Source: Octopus vulgaris
Taxonomy: Eukaryota
Direction of reading: 5' to 3'
Length of the DNA: 64,000 nt
Assembly: GCA_951406725.2 (NCBI GenBank)
Contig: OX597815.1
Span: 113,708,001-113,772,000 of the forward strand
This document shows, one piece after another, positions 38,491-53,400 of this stretch. Each line of letters begins with the position of its first letter. The first letter of the stretch is position 1. Both the position numbers and the translations under genes were made by a program. The notes beneath the pieces were generated by a model. The model was not told the DNA's origin and made no database searches. It saw only the letters and a list, made by a program, of their open reading frames with translations.

Positions 38491-39176
38491 TTTATCTATC
38501 TCTACCTATCCATTACTCTTCTCTCTCTCTCTCTCTATCTATACCTCCACCTATCCATCTCTCTCTCTCTCTATCTATCTCCACCTATCCATCTCTCCAC
38601 CTATCCATCTCTCCCTTTTCCCTCTATGTATCCTAAGATACTCGTTTCATAAACTCTATTGTCACTTTCATCTCATACACTCTCACACTCACTTTCTATC
38701 TCTCTCACCCACTTTTCTTGGTCTCTACCTTAGTATTTTACCTACTCTCTTGGAATCTGAAATTTTATCATTGAAGTTACACATCATTAAGTTACATGTT
38801 TATTTTGTTTACAACATATAAGCCTGTGAGTTTATTTTAGCATTGTGCTTTATTAATGAGTAATGCTTCTTTCATTAATCATCTATTTTTGTGGAGAATT
38901 CTATATAGCATGGATATGTTGTCTATTATGGCATATTGTGCTGTAGTTGCTCCTTGAAAGTGTACAATGAGCAAATTCCAACAGTGTCTTAATAAATGTA
39001 GGTGATAAAGTTTATAGACACCACAAAATGGGGCAGTTACTTATGCCAATAACATTTCACATCATTGTGATGATGAGACTGAAAGTATTTACATGTTAAT
39101 GATGGCTTTAAGAACTTTATTGTTCAAAATGAACTGAAGGGACTCCTATGAAAAATTTAAGACTTTAACATAGTTA

Positions 39177-39223
<47 letters not shown>

Positions 39224-39278
39224 ATGTATGTATGTATATATATATATATGTATGTATGTATGTATGTATGATGTATGT

Positions 39279-39309
<31 letters not shown>

Positions 39310-40209
39310 GGGAAGGGCTGGGCATGTTTGCTTACATTGTATGCTGGTTTTGTAGAATAGATACTCCAAGATATTTCTGTATATCGTGAGAGGCAGATGA
39401 AAGGATTGGCATCAAAAAGGACACTGCTTCCAAAAAGTTGGTAAGTAGATGTAAATGATAATGAAGATGATCTCTCTCCCTCTCTCTTACACAATCCTGG
39501 CTAGTATCTGTCTCAAATTCCTCTTGCAACCTGAGACTACAGCAGAACACACTTGCTTGATGTGCCATGCATTGTTGGGAATGACCCTTAAACCACATGG
39601 TTGTGGAATAAACTTCTTAACCACATAATCCTGTTTAATGTACATGTGTGTATGGATGCATATATGTGTGTGTATGTACATGCATATGTGTGTACTCAAT
39701 TTTTGACAACCAGGTCCTCTTAAGAGAAGTGCTGTCACCCGGACTAGCATTCTGTTTGTTTTCAACACCTTCACTACTTTTTTTTCAGTAATGTCTACAG
39801 TTAATCATATTCTCTTCATCATCATCATCCAGTGTTTTAAATCTGGGTTTTGTTCCTGTTAATGGGGGTGGCCGGATCTACCTCAGTGCCATAGCAACCA
39901 CCCTCACACCATCTTGCCATCTTGCCCTGTTTTGGGCGTCTCTTGTTTTACATTAATGCCTGTCTAAAGAACCCTTGAATATTATTATTCCATTGTGAGT
40001 CACTCAACTAAATTACCTCTCATTTGAAATATTTCTACTTTGATCTATTATAATGCAGAATAGAAAGGCAGAAATCCATGGCTCCATAGGACCCTCTCAG
40101 ACTGGAACAGCAGGCTTCTGTTTGTGGGGGTGTGGTTGCCATGAGTAATGTTGTGTTGGAATAATTAAGTTTAGCAGGTAATGAGGAAGAGAGGGGTGAA
40201 GGCAGGAGG

Positions 40210-40710
40210 TGATTGTTGTTTTTGTTCTTGTTTAGTTGCAGGTCAACCCTGATCGAGCATACATATGATCAAAGGCATTCCAGCCATGAACAGCTCACTC
40301 TTTTGAGCATTACATTCCTAGGGCTATAATGGATTATTTCAGTGTATTCTTCCCCTTTAGATATTGTGAAGTATAACTTAATGGCTATTTCTAATGGCTC
40401 AAGTGACAACATAGTGGCTTTCCCAGTGGCTCTGGGACAGAAGGTTCTAGAAGGAGCTGTTACTCTAAGACATGAAGTATGCTTATGTACTCAGTATTTG
40501 AACTTAATATTGTTGGCTCCAAGTGGTTGTTGTTTAGCTAGCGATCAGCCCTGATCTAGTAGACCTATAATCAAAAGTATTCTAGCTATGACTGTCCTGT
40601 ATTTTTATTTAAACACTTATCTTTTTTTAAGACACTAGCATATGATTTGAGTGAGATTCGGCTGCAATTTCTAACATGTTTGATGTCTGTAGAAACTGTC
40701 TTGTTGACTG
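40210..40710 (-). mobile_element. Two family D copies
   Basis: CCCTGATC..TATGATCAAAGGCATTCCAGCCATGA occurs twice. Confidence 0.6.
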
Positions 40711-43700
40711 AAGCTCCAACTAGTGTTTAGTGCATATATCTAACTAGTAAGACATTATAGCAGACAGAATATAGGAAAATGATTGTAGAATTGCTGGATG
40801 AAAACTGACATGCATGGAGCATCAAAGTTCAGAATTGGACTTGTGATTGTAGCAATGAGAGATAAAAAAGATTTAACACCTTAATCATAGCACAAAAATA
40901 TTCTCCTTGTTTAAACAATTATTTTGGTATCAATTAATTGGTACATAAATGAATGTAGGTTAGTAAGCTCTGGGCAAAACGAGTCTGTGATTTGCAGTGG
41001 TAGTTCCACTTTTATGATATCACAGCTCCCATTCCTCTATCTCTGGAGTACCTATGGATGATTTTCTCTTCCTGAAAACTGTCAAGGCAAGTGTAAGCAT
41101 GCATGAATATTTTGTCATTTCACTTATATCAAACCACTAATTGTTAAGATTTTTTTTACCTTGATTCTGATGAAAATCTATTTTATTTGTTTGAAGTATA
41201 ATTATCCATATTGAGCATTAAATAGTATTATCCAGACTTTTTTCTGTGAATTAATGTTTTAGTGAAATAAAGATCACATCTGTTGCGTAAAAATACAAGT
41301 CAGTAAGCTTTGGTCGTATCTATGAAACTAGGTTTTATATCATAAAAATATTTCTGATAAATGAAATCCCTTGATTGTTACAGTTTTCTGGCTAGACTTT
41401 GATAGAATATTACTCTATTATATGTGATGGGACCTTCTGGCTGGCATTCGGGAAAAAAATGTGTCCCATGTCTAATGGAGCTCAGACAACTCCATAGTTT
41501 CCAGTCCAAACCACTGTGTAGCACTTTGTACATAACACCAAGTCAACCAAAGCTTTGAAATTTGGTAGATGAAATTTATGTGGCCTTTCTGAGGGACCAT
41601 TCCTGTTCTTAGGAGACACATTTAATCTGTTAACCATCTTGCACCACCACCAGCTCCGTTGTACCTTTAGTTGAGTAGAGACTCTGCTGTAAGCATTTCA
41701 GCTATATCTCCAGTCTAAGGACAGCATCTTCCCCCTCAGTCTTGAAGATCCTGTAAAGGGTCATGGATGTTGCTCTTCCTCTTCTGAATAAGCAATAACA
41801 ACAAAATAATAATAAAATGATATTTCCACTGTTTAGCTAATACCCTGAGTAGTTGTATCACCCCTACTGTCTCATCTTCAGTTTAGATTTTCTTTCATAT
41901 TCTTTTTTGTAGGCTTGATACTCTTTAACACTATACCATGAGAACTACAATCATACCCACCTCTCCTTTTCATTGACACAAGCATGCTCTTTTTCTAATG
42001 TGAAGTTCCTTATCTGTTTAAAGCCTATCTTTTACCATCGTTCCACAATAAAAAAGATAGATGCTTGCTATTTCTTTGTTATTGATTTTATATCAGTACC
42101 TTTTTTTTTTTTGTGTGCTTGATTTAATTTGTAAGACATTAAATTCTTAAAAGAGAGAGAGAAGAAAAGATATGCTGAACTGCTTGCTTTCTACCCATGC
42201 TGAATCTGTGCTGTTTTTCAATGAGATGTAGGTGAACATTGGTTGAGAAATGCTTTTACCAATTTGATGTTTCCCAGTTTATTTTTCTTTTGAAATATCT
42301 TGGTTTGATATCTCCAAGAGATTTTAGATCTTATTTACTGTTTAATTTTATTGGTTTCCCTTCAAGACATTCTCTTGTTGAAAGCCATTTTCATACTGTC
42401 TTATCTTTTATTTCTTTATTGCTACCATCTTTTCAACATCTGCTTTTTAATGCTTTCGTGACCTAATTGGGGGTCAGCCGAGCAACTTCTTTCCACTTAA
42501 CTCATTTCCCTATTAGGTTATTCAGAAGCAGCTCCCTCAGGTCTTCATGTATAATTTCATTTCAGGTTTATTGTTTATTCTAACAGTCATTAATCTGTAG
42601 CTCACAGTAGTTGTCCACCTAGATAGTGTTCCAGTCTCCATTATAGCGATATATTCATCCACATCACCTATGCGGGTTTTCTGTAGGAGATATCTCTTGT
42701 TACATTTGTTAACCAAGTATGTTTTTTATTCAGTTGAACTGGTTATTTTCAGCTCATATTAAACAGTCACCAAGCCATTTTTATTTTATTTTGTTTTGTT
42801 TGAGATGCATCATATCACATCTAACTTCTGTAGTTTTAGTTATTTATTTTTGCAAACTCTGCCTCCTCCTCCAAGAAAAATAGTTCTCAATAAGTGAAGC
42901 ATTCAAGCATGCATATATCTCCATCATAATGTTGTGTGTGATATGTTTATATATTATATATATAATCTCCTTTTAGTTTATGTGCCAACATATTAAAATG
43001 GATATAAAATCTGTAATAGTAAAACTACTTTATCATTACCGAAACGGCCTGTGGCTACCACATGTTTAGCTGTTATTTGCTCAGATTGGTTGACACCTTG
43101 TTTATATTTGCTCTTTATTTAACTGTATGTATTTTATTTGTGGCAGCTTATAGAATTATCTAGATAATCAAGGTGTGTGTACGTGTGCACATGCATGCAC
43201 ATACACTTGTGCATGCCTGTGTGTGTGTATATGATGAGAGAGAGAGAGAGATGCATATTACACGATTTATTTTTCTTCTATGTAGAGTGCCTGATTTTTA
43301 TTACAGAACTAATCTTGTAGCTGTAGGAAAAATTAGAAATTTAAAAGGACCTTCAATAAAGGCCTAAAGGATTATGGCTAAGCCTCTAGTTATTAAGAAG
43401 CACTTCCAAGTTCCTGCAGAAAAATAGCCATTTTTCATATATAGATATTGTCTCCAGTTCTATACTATAAAGACAGTGAAATCATTTGAAGTGATAAATT
43501 TGTGGATAAATTATTATGTGGGTTTTCAGTTCAAATCCACAGCTGGTGCTTCATCGTTGCCTGCCACAACTCTCACATCTTGAAATAGATGTAAGTAATC
43601 TAAAAATGATTTTTGCAATAGCTTAGCAACTTATCCAGGGAGATGCTTAAATAGCCTCTATTTAACTCCATAAAACAGATTGAACAGCTACTCTTAAGAG

Positions 43701-43789
43701 CATCTTGAAGAAAAGGACTGTGCCCATTGCTTTCACAGATTGTCTAGCATCAGTGAGAAGATGCTGTTAATGTTCTTTTTGAATAGGTA

Positions 43790-45320
43790 CAAGTTGATGG
43801 CTGCAGGTGAAAAACATGAGCAAGGAGGGTAATTCTTGAGAGTCTGTGTTCTGAGATAGAAGGACTAGGTATAGTGGTTTAGTGTAGGGCTTGGTGTGAT
43901 ATGGTGACAAGTGGTTGGGAATCCTTAAGTGAAGGTGGTACAAATCTGCTAGCTGTGATAAGGAGAAGCTACTGTTGTTGCAAGTAGTAAAGCAGAGAGA
44001 GAGAGAGAGGGAGGAAATTGCATGTCTACAGACTAGCTGTTGGAGTGTCTTGGTGAGTTACTTCATAGCAATCAGTTAAGTTGCTGTTTTTTTTTTTCTT
44101 TGAGACACAATTTTTGGCTATGTTGAGAATGCATGGTTACCAGGAGGTCCTCAGTGATAGTGAGCTCTATCATTTGTAGTGACCTTGAGGATTATTGTTG
44201 AAAGCTGTTCATGTTTAAGGTGGGTGAGGTGTAATGATTGTGTCTCTGTGTTGTTGAAGGAGACAGGGTTAGCATGATGCCCATTGCAGAATGTTTTCTA
44301 GTACTCTGTGGAGTCAGTCTTGATTTGGTGTGAGCTTTATAGACTGCATTTGTATGAAGTTTGGATGCAGAAGGTTTGGCAGGAATAAATGTTGATATTA
44401 TCTGTATAAGGGATGGGTACCGTTGGATGTGATGGAAAGTAGATTACTGATATATTGGAGAAAGAAGGAGGAGGACAAAACCAAACCTTGGTGCACACCA
44501 GAATTGACAGTGTAGGTAAGAGAGAGCTCCATCAGAACATACCGTAATGGTGGTATCTGATTGGAAGACATTGATTTGAAGGATGAATGGAGCCCATAAC
44601 TAAGCAGTTTTGCTTGGAAATTCATGTCAGGTGTAGTTGAATATTTTATTGGTGTGACACAGTTTACATCAAATTTTTTTAACACATGAACCTACTGGTC
44701 AGTGACATAGAAGAGTAGATTTCTGGTAAATTTGGCTTTCCAGAAAGCTATAGTGGCTGACTTCATTCAGATTTTGAGAGGGAGTATGAAAGGGTGATAG
44801 GTGGTGGGATCAGAGGACTTACCCTTCTTGAGACACAGTTGGAAGAGAAAAGAGTTTGGCAAGGATAGAAGGCTACTATGGAATGCATTATTTGAGAGCA
44901 TCATCATCATTGTTTAACGTCCTGTTTTCCATGCTAGCATGGGTTGGACGGTTCAACTGGGGTCTGGGAAGCCAGAAGGCTGCGCCAGGCCCAGTCTGAT
45001 CTGGCAGTGTTTCTACGGCTGGATGCCCTTCCTAACGCCAACCACTCCGTGAGTGCAATAGAAGGAATATTGTCAGGGTTGGTGGCCTTGTGGACTTTAA
45101 GGTGTCAGAGGTGCTTTTGTATGCACATCATAATGAACTTTAGCAGTACAGAAAGTAATAGGGGTGGATGAGATAAATGTTTGCTGTATGGAGTTAGATG
45201 CAAAGCAGACAGCACATGTAGAGACTTCCTTTTCAGGAGCACTGTTAACATTGTAGCCTTGATGCTACTGATAATCATTTATTCTGGAATAATTCCTAGT
45301 TTCTGTTTTGATAAAGGAGG
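43790..45320 (-). pseudogene. Decayed Jockey/CR1-group LINE, interrupted by an RTE tail at about 44899-45055
   Basis: AKLLSYGL..VNSGVHQGLVLS..FLQYISNLL (GVPQGSVL motif); similar to 20120-21180. Confidence 0.65.
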
Positions 45321-45459
45321 CATAATACTCTTTAGTCACTGGTCAACCCTGATCTAGCAAACTCATAATCAAAGACATTCCAGCTGAGACCACCCTGCCT
45401 TTTTTTGTTTTTGTTTTTATTTGTTCATGTTGGACCATGTTTTCCAACATGCCCTTGCT

Positions 45460-45682
45460 TTAACTCATTAGCATTCAGATTATTCTGTTAAATGTAATGC
45501 ATATTCATTTACACTATTTTGAATTAGAATATCTCTTTAGTTTTGTGATTCCAATGATATGATTATTTATTTTTACAGTAACATTGTATGGTAGGTGTGA
45601 AAGGCTGGATCTGGTTGGTTTGAACATAAAACTAGTAGAATATTTGTGCTGGATATGACCAGTTTAAATACTAAAGGGTTAA
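45460..45682 (+). mobile_element. piggyBac-type MITE (P1) inside a family D copy
   Basis: TTAA-CTCATTAGCATT...AATACTAAAGGG-TTAA: TTAA duplication and CCCT-type TIR. Confidence 0.8.
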
Positions 45683-46132
45683 AATTGTAGAGAATGATTT
45701 GGATCAAATTTGGTTCCTATTTCTTACAGGCCAAGTGACTATGTAGAGGCTACTTAATTGGCAGTTTAGTTTGTAGAATTGAGGACTATAGCTTGATAAT
45801 GTTATATAATGTGTCTGGGTTATGTGTATTAGGTGAAAAGCTACTGCTTAAACAGATTTAGATGAGGCTTAAAAGAAGAAAAAAAAAAAGAAAAATGCAA
45901 AAGTAGAAAAATGAAGTATTTTTATCAAATCATGGGATATTAGACTCATAAAGATGGTGGTGGTATGACGATGATATATCATTTGAAACCTGCTATCATA
46001 CATACTTGTTTAACCCTGCCAGCCTGGAAAACTAGACAGTAAACTGCTGTTGCTTTGTACCAGTAGCAAGAATTTGCAAGAATCTACTTACTTTGCTGTA
46101 TTAAGTAGGAAGGAATTAATGTGTGTGTGTGT

Positions 46133-46722
46133 TCTTTCTTTTACTTGTTTCACTCATTGCACTGTGGCCATGCTGGGGCCCTTCCTTGCAGGGTATTGAC
46201 TTGAGTATTATTTTATTGATTTTCTTGAATTATTGTCATGGAGATATAAACAAACCAAAACTGGTTGTCCAGCAGTGTGGGGAGGACAAGCTCAGGTACA
46301 AAATCCCATACACAAAGATACATATACTCTTTTACTCGTTTCAGTCATTTGACTGTGGCCATGCTGGAGCACCGCATTTAGTTGAGCAAATCGACCCCAG
46401 AACTTATTCTTTGTAAGCTTAGTACTTATTCTATTGGTCTCTTTTGCCGAACCGCTAAGTTATGGGGATGTAAACACACCAGCATTGGTTGTCAAGTGAT
46501 GTTGTGGGGACAAACACAGACACACAAACACACATACATATATATATACATATATATGATGGGCTTCTTTCAGTTTCCGTCTACCAAATCCACTCACAAG
46601 GCTTTGGTCAGCCTGAGGCTATAGCAGAAGACACTTGCCTAAGGTGCTATGCAGTGGGACTGAACCCGGAACCATGTGGCTGGTAAGCAAGCTACTTACC
46701 ACACAGCCACTCCTGCACCTAT
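46133..46722 (-). mobile_element. Family A SINE (46326-46722) preceded by a degenerate half copy
   Basis: Reverse complement of family A. Confidence 0.8.
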
Positions 46723-47159
46723 ACACACACAGTGGGCTTCCATACAGTTTCTGTCTCCCACATATCCATGTTTGAATCTGCCAGACTGTATTAATAACAG
46801 ATACATACATTATTGTTTGGTTTCCTGCTATTCTGTGTACTTTTCATGGATTATACTCAAAATGAGTTATTCTTAGAGAAGTTAGTGTTTTCTGCATTAT
46901 TAATATTTTTTTGCACTTGTATGTAGAAACGGATGAATTTTTTTTTTATTAATATGATTACTTAGTCACAAGAGGAAGAGCAGTAGGAAAGGAGATAGTT
47001 ATCTTCAGGTGTGAGACCTGGTCTAAATGCTTGTATCAATGGCAAGGTGATGGTATTTAAGTGGGAAGCAAGTTAAGTCTACTGAATTAATAATTAGAAC
47101 ACAAACTACTTTTGGAAAGAATAATTAAGAGGAAGGTCACACAGAATCTATAACCAGTC

Positions 47160-47417
47160 TTAATCCTTTTCATGCCAGCCTGCTTGGAACCACCTCTAGT
47201 TCTATGATACTAATTTCCTGTTTAAAAAGTGTCTCTACTAAAACCTTCCATCGAAATTCCATTTCAATTTGTATTTCAATCACCAGTTTAATAATGACAA
47301 AATTTATTTTCTGAAATGCTCAAATTTTTCCTTTACTAAATTCATCATTCTTTTTCCAAAATAAATTGAAGCCAAAGCAGTGTATTTCAGCAGAAATATA
47401 GTAACAAAAAGGGATAA
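47160..47417 (-). mobile_element. piggyBac-type MITE (family P2)
   Basis: TTAATCCTTTT...GTAACAAAAAGGG; reverse complement of 59728-59955. Confidence 0.6.
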
Positions 47418-48409
47418 GGATTGGATGCTTGCATGAAATTATTGCAGAGCTGAAGCTGCATAAATTATTTAATTAAAATTTTAAAAGAAATGAAAAATAG
47501 CAACAAATTATTTGAACCCTTTAGTTTTTACATCACACCTATTATAAGGTAAACAACAATAAATGAAAAAATTATTCAAAATATCTGAGTTTTGTTTGTT
47601 CCTCTAACTTTGGGTTAACAGAAAATTTTAGGAACTTTAATCTGAGGGGTTATTTCTATACTCATTTCAGTTTTCTAATATTGCAATTTCAAAAATAATT
47701 TTGGTTAAAAAAAAAAGAAGATAAAATGAAAAAGAGACACAAAAAAACTCAACAAAAAGAGACAAATTTGGTGACTAATTTGTTACTGACATTTGATCAA
47801 CTTAATGTGTTTGCATTACATCAAGCGATTAAAAAGATTAATCACATCACACATTTTCTTTTAAAATTGGTTTTTTCTCAATCTTGAAGTTAGATGCTGC
47901 GGTAAAAAAAAAATATAATTCTGAGAAAACTATGGGTACTCTGCATTGTATAAAATCAATTAATAAAATTTGCAACTATTAATAAGTTTGTATAGGTGTA
48001 ATAGGAGGTAAATTCTAACATTTTGCCTGGGTTCTTTTCCAGAGATGGGAAGGAAATATGAAGAAATTTTACCGTGAAAAGTAATTTTTCTCATAAGAGG
48101 AGCACTACACAAATGTTACAGTTCTTGTCTCCCTGATGTTGTGTAAACTGATTTAACATTTTTACTGCAGAAACCAGATATATCCAATCAAAATTTCATT
48201 ATCCTTAACTGCAGAAAGCAGTTTTATATACCAATCTGTCTTTTGTTGAGGGATGTCATGTTTGAAACTATCTTTTATTGAGATATTTCAAGTTTATTAG
48301 GGCAACATGATTTCCTGAAAATACCAGTTCTATTTCCTTAGCAGATAAAATTATTATTGGAATAACCATTGAATTTAATTTTGGAATTAAAGGTTATACT
48401 GCTACATAT

Positions 48410-48902
48410 ATTGGTTTCAAATTTTGGCTCAAGGCCAGCAATTTTGGGGGAGGGATTAAATCAATTACATTGACCCCCAGTGTTCAACTGGTACTTATTT
48501 TATTGACCCTGAAAGGATAAAGGCAAAATCGACCGTGGTGGAATTTGAACTCAGAACATAAAGACAGATGAAATGTTGGTAAGCATTCTACCCGAAGTGC
48601 TAATGATTCTGCCAGCTCGCCACCCTAAATACTGCATATATTAAATGGATGCAACCAACTGGGTCTGTCACCAGATTAATTAGATAGAAGTGTAGCAGCC
48701 ATAACATTGAACTCATTATCCCTAAGACTTTAACATTTTTAGCCTTCATATGAAATCTCAGGGCTCAGGGCTAAGCATTATTCATTTCTTTTCTTTACTG
48801 CCCACAAGGGGCTATACACAGAGGGGACAAACAAGGACAGACAAAGGGATTAAGTTGATTACATCGACCCCAGTGTGTAACTGGTACTTATTTAATCGAA
48901 AG
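48410..48902 (-). mobile_element. Two family M SINE pieces (about 48410-48630 and 48780-48902)
   Basis: Reverse complements of 32655-32870 and 1-152. Confidence 0.75.
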
Positions 48903-49829
48903 GAGTCAAATGTGTTTCTTGCTCATATGTTGGTAGGACTTGTTGAAGTTGTCAGGCCTCTATATTTTTGTCACCCTTATCTTGTGAAGGGAACTATCAT
49001 TTTACATGACTCAATTTGGGTGTAGTCCATTTGAAAACATAAAGAGTTTTTTTTTTTGTTTTTCTTTGTTTTTTTGTTTAACATTTCAAAGACATATAGT
49101 GTGAATATACTGAAATGAAAAGGTTAAAGTTTCATAAAAAAGAATTATTCAAACTATATTTTGCAGACAAACTTGAAAGCAACAGATATGCAATGAAGAG
49201 ATAAAAAAAAAGGAAACACTCTTCTTCTTTCTTTCTATCTTTCATGTAATGTTTTCATTTTACATTCAATAACAGGTTTTTATAGTCCAAAACTTAACAG
49301 ACTGAAACCTTTTGATTGCTAGCTCATAAATTTACTTGTTCTGAGGATTTTATACTATTTCATTTTGGTTATAATTTTCTTAGTTCATTTTGTATAGCAT
49401 GTAATATTTTATCTTGTGATATTGTTGCCCCTCCAGCTTACACTCTTTATCCTAGGTTATTTGGGAGAATTTAAAAATAATCTCCATTATAATTTTCTTA
49501 GATCTTATGCAGCATAGAGATGTGGATGTCTGCATCACTTACTGGCAAACTTAAATATACCCTCTTATATGTATTTGTGTGTCTGCACCTTCTGAGTTAA
49601 AATTTTAACACGGTTGACTTTGCCTTTTATCCTTCTGGATGTTAATAAAGTAAGAATCAGTTAAATGCTGTTACATTCCCTCATCAAAATTTGTGACCTT
49701 ATATGTATAATGTTAATTATCTGCAGATCTTTGGCTTTTTTTACTCTTTTTTTTTTCTTTTTTTAAGTTGTTGTACATAATTTGAGAATGATGAAAGTGT
49801 TGTTCAAGAGTTGCTGTAGCGATCCTATG

Positions 49830-49986
49830 TCATTATCATCATCATTTAATGTCCATTTTCCATGCTGGCATGGATGGGACTGCACCAAGTTCCATAGTCT
49901 GTTTTGACTTGTTTTCTATTGTTGGATGCCCTTCTTAACACCACTTAACAAAGTGTACTGGGTGCTTTTCACATGGTACCAGCACC
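49830..49986 (-). mobile_element. RTE 3' tail fragment
   Basis: (CAT)n-TTAATGTCC..CATGCTGGCATGG..GGATGCCCTTC. Confidence 0.65.
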
Positions 49987-50494
49987 ATATATACATATAT
50001 TTTATACACACACATAAACTGATGTTTGTAATTCTCCATGTCTTTTTGTGTCTGTGTTTCTATGCTGAACATCTACTGGTGAACTGAATAGTAGGTTCAT
50101 CTCCAAATTTCTCTTGGAGCTTTCACTTTGGTTATTCTGTTAAAAATTTTGGCAAATATTTGAGTATCTGAACCCAGTGCACACTGTCATTATAATAAAA
50201 AATGTAAGTGTAGAGTTAGACCTTGTAGTACACTGAAAACAACCTAATCTGTATATTTGAATATCTAAATAATTAATTATATGACACTTCAGATTTTGAG
50301 ATCTCAAAATTTCATATGTTACATACACAATTATCAGTGGAGCATGAGAGGTTTTAATCTCATACATATCTAATACATTGTTATGTGTTTTTCACAAAGG
50401 AAACATAATGTAATGAAAGAACAAAATAAGCAGCATAAAGAAAACTAATATATGATTATTTGCATCACTTAGTGAATAGATAAATATAAATTTC

Positions 50495-50888
50495 TCTATA
50501 TATAAAGCTGAAGTTGTCTGTGCATGGCAGGTTTGGTAGCCTTCAACTAACACTATCTCCTCCGAGACCCTGCAGTGCAAGTTGACCAAAATTGAGAGTA
50601 TGATAGAAGAAGGCTTGCTCTTCCTTCCGTAGAAGAAAAAATTCAAATCGGACCATGTTAACACCAAAAATTATTTACATAAAAAAGGTGCTTTTTTTCC
50701 CATTAAAATCCTTATTTTTTACGATTTTTTTACTGCTGTGTCGCCATTTTCGGTGTATTTCAACCAGAAAAATTTTCACTTAAAGAGAATAACAAGCTAC
50801 ATAATGCAAAGTTTTTACTTTTAAAAAATTTCAATTCTAAAGGGTCGAAAAGAAAACAAGCCTGAGCAACGCTGGGCTATACTGCTAT
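50495..50888 (+). mobile_element. Non-autonomous Helitron, copy 2
   Basis: TCTATATATAAAGCTGAAG start, same body as 10414-10803, end mutated to CTAT. Confidence 0.8.
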
Positions 50889-51235
50889 TGAATTATAAAG
50901 TGCTCTGCTTTATTATGAAAATATTAAATATTAAATGAGATACATCCAGGAGATTGCCATGCAGTTTTGTCTACCAAATTTCCCTCACAAGGCTTTTGTC
51001 AACACAGTGCTATGGTGTAAAAATAAATAAATAAATAAAAAAACTTTATCCAAGGTGCTGTACAGCAAGGTCAACTTTGAACTTGATTCTGGATTGAACT
51101 TCTTAAAATGAATGATTATGCTTGCACCTATTATCTGGAGAATAGAAGGAAAAAATTCACATAAAATAAAACCAAAAAAAAAATACAAGATAAACATATT
51201 AACACACAAAAGCATGCAGGTGCGCGCACACACAA

Positions 51236-51300
<65 letters not shown>

Positions 51301-51892
51301 CTTCAAATAAAAACTCTAACTAGCTAGATTTAATCGGTCTAATGATATGATATTAACTAAATGGAACAAGTGATGAAAGAATGCTATGAAAGATTAGTGG
51401 TAAAATGTGTTTTATTTACTCTCATTTTTCTTGTTATATTTGTGTACATGTGTGTGTGTGAATATATATATATACACACACACACATCATATTTCATATT
51501 TATTTATTTATTTAATGTTTCGTTTAGGAAACAAGGCTAATTGTGTATTTCAAACACACTGATTAGAAGAAAAAAGACATTGATGGTTTCAACATATAAA
51601 TACAATCAGTCTGTATGTATGTGGGTCTGTATGTATCTTGATATGTCTAAATTGGTACTCTTCTTTGTGCTTGTGTATTTGCCTTAGTGTGTATATGTCT
51701 CAATAATTGGCATTTAGAGAGCAGAACAAGAGGCAGTTTCTTGGAGATGAGAAACATTTGGTTCACTCAGTGGAAGATACTGACTGAAGTCAGATTATGA
51801 ACTTTTAGCAAATTTTTGTGTATTTAATTGTACCACAAATAAAATATAGAGTTTTGGGAGTCAGCTGTTTTAGCTGTAGCTTTTAACTTCTA

Positions 51893-52175
51893 GTTTATAA
51901 GAAGCTTGCTCCTAACCACATGGCATTGGGTCCACTTCCACTATGCAACACCCTTTGGCAAGTGTCTTCTATAGTATTGGGCCAATCAAAGTCTTGTAAG
52001 CTGATTTGGTAGAGAGAAACTGAAAGAAGCCTTGTGTGTGTGTGTATTGTCTTTGTTTCCCATCATTGTTTGACAACTTGCGTTGATTTTTTAACATTCA
52101 CACAACTTAGCAGTTTGACAGAAAACTGATAGAGTAAGTACCAGATTTTAGAAAAGTAAGTGCTGATATCAATTT
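51893..52175 (+). mobile_element. Degenerate family A SINE
   Basis: AAGCTTGCTCCTAACCACATGG..GGCAAGTGTCTTCTA..GAAACTGAAAGAAGCC. Confidence 0.7.
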
Positions 52176-52969
52176 TACAGTTTCATTCCAAGACTTAAGC
52201 CTTTATATGTATGTATATATAAATGTGCACAAAGACATGGAACTGTACTTGAGACAACCAAAAGTAAGTACCACTTAAGCAGTTCAACAACAGTTGCGTC
52301 ACGAGCCCTGAAAAGGCTGGAAGTAAATCAGCTTATGCTCAGTCACCAAGTAGCTTAACAGCAACAAGCCATAACTTTAACTTGCCCACAGTTACTCCAG
52401 CTACTCAAGATTTTCCATTTCCAGACAACTTTAACTAATCCCAATGTCATTATTACTTTTATGGACTCAATTCCAATCTGAATATATTCATGATACACCT
52501 GAATGAAAGTTTTCTCATGATTTTAATCTTGTATCAAATATTTAAGGGCTCTGTTCAATTTATTTAAAGGAAAAGATGGATTATATTAGCTGATTAATTG
52601 TTAACTTTGAAGGGTGTGATGTTAATGGGTTTTGTTGAAACTATTGTTGTAAGGGTTCAATACATTTGGAATAAGCTGAATTTACCATTGCTTTTGTTGG
52701 GTTGGTGCCAATAAATCTACTAAATTTAGATTTAACATGGTTAATACATGCATGTGGTGTGTGTTTCTACATACACACACAAAATACTTTTCAGCTGTTG
52801 GACTGAGGCCATACTGGGGCACCACCTCAATGATTTAGTTGATCGTATTGACACCTTTACTTATTTTAGCTTGTTACTTATTTTATTGATCTCTGTTAAT
52901 CAAACCACTAAGTTGCAAAACATTCAGGAATGCAACACCAGCTTTTATACTGGTGTAAACATAAACTCA

Positions 52970-53020
<51 letters not shown>

Positions 53021-53039
53021 AGCTTCCGCACAGTTTCTA

Positions 53040-53400
53040 TCTCAGGCCACTCTGTAAAGTGGCTGGCATTAGGAAAGGCATTCAGCCATAAAAAACCATG
53101 TCAAAACAGACCTCGCCAGTGCTGGTATACCATAAAAGGCATTTAACTCATTCTGCTAGATGGTTGGCATTAGGAAGGGCATCCAGCTGTAAAACCCATG
53201 CCAAAACAGACAGTGAAGCCTGGTGCAGTCTTCTGGCCTGCCAGCTCCTATCAGACCATCTAACCCATGCCAGCATAGAAAACAGACGTTAAATGATGAT
53301 GATGATGAGATATTCATGATCCTGAAGCCATAGCAGAAGATACTTGTCCAAGGTGTCATTTAGTGTGATCAAACCTGGAATCACATTGTTGCAAACTGAA
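53040..53400 (+). mobile_element. RTE 3' tail (partly duplicated) followed by an inverted family A head
   Basis: TGGCATTAGGAA(A/G)GGCAT occurs twice; (GAT)n at 53293-53308. Confidence 0.7.

Noticed and set aside
38219-38821. 200-aa + strand ORF
   Set aside because: Antisense RTE tail modules plus CT-rich microsatellite.
52237-52269. GACATGG start, MELYLRQPK|GTAAGT phase-0 mini-exon
   Set aside because: Weak donor context (AAA|GT), directly beside a SINE, no promoter-like surroundings; compatible with chance.
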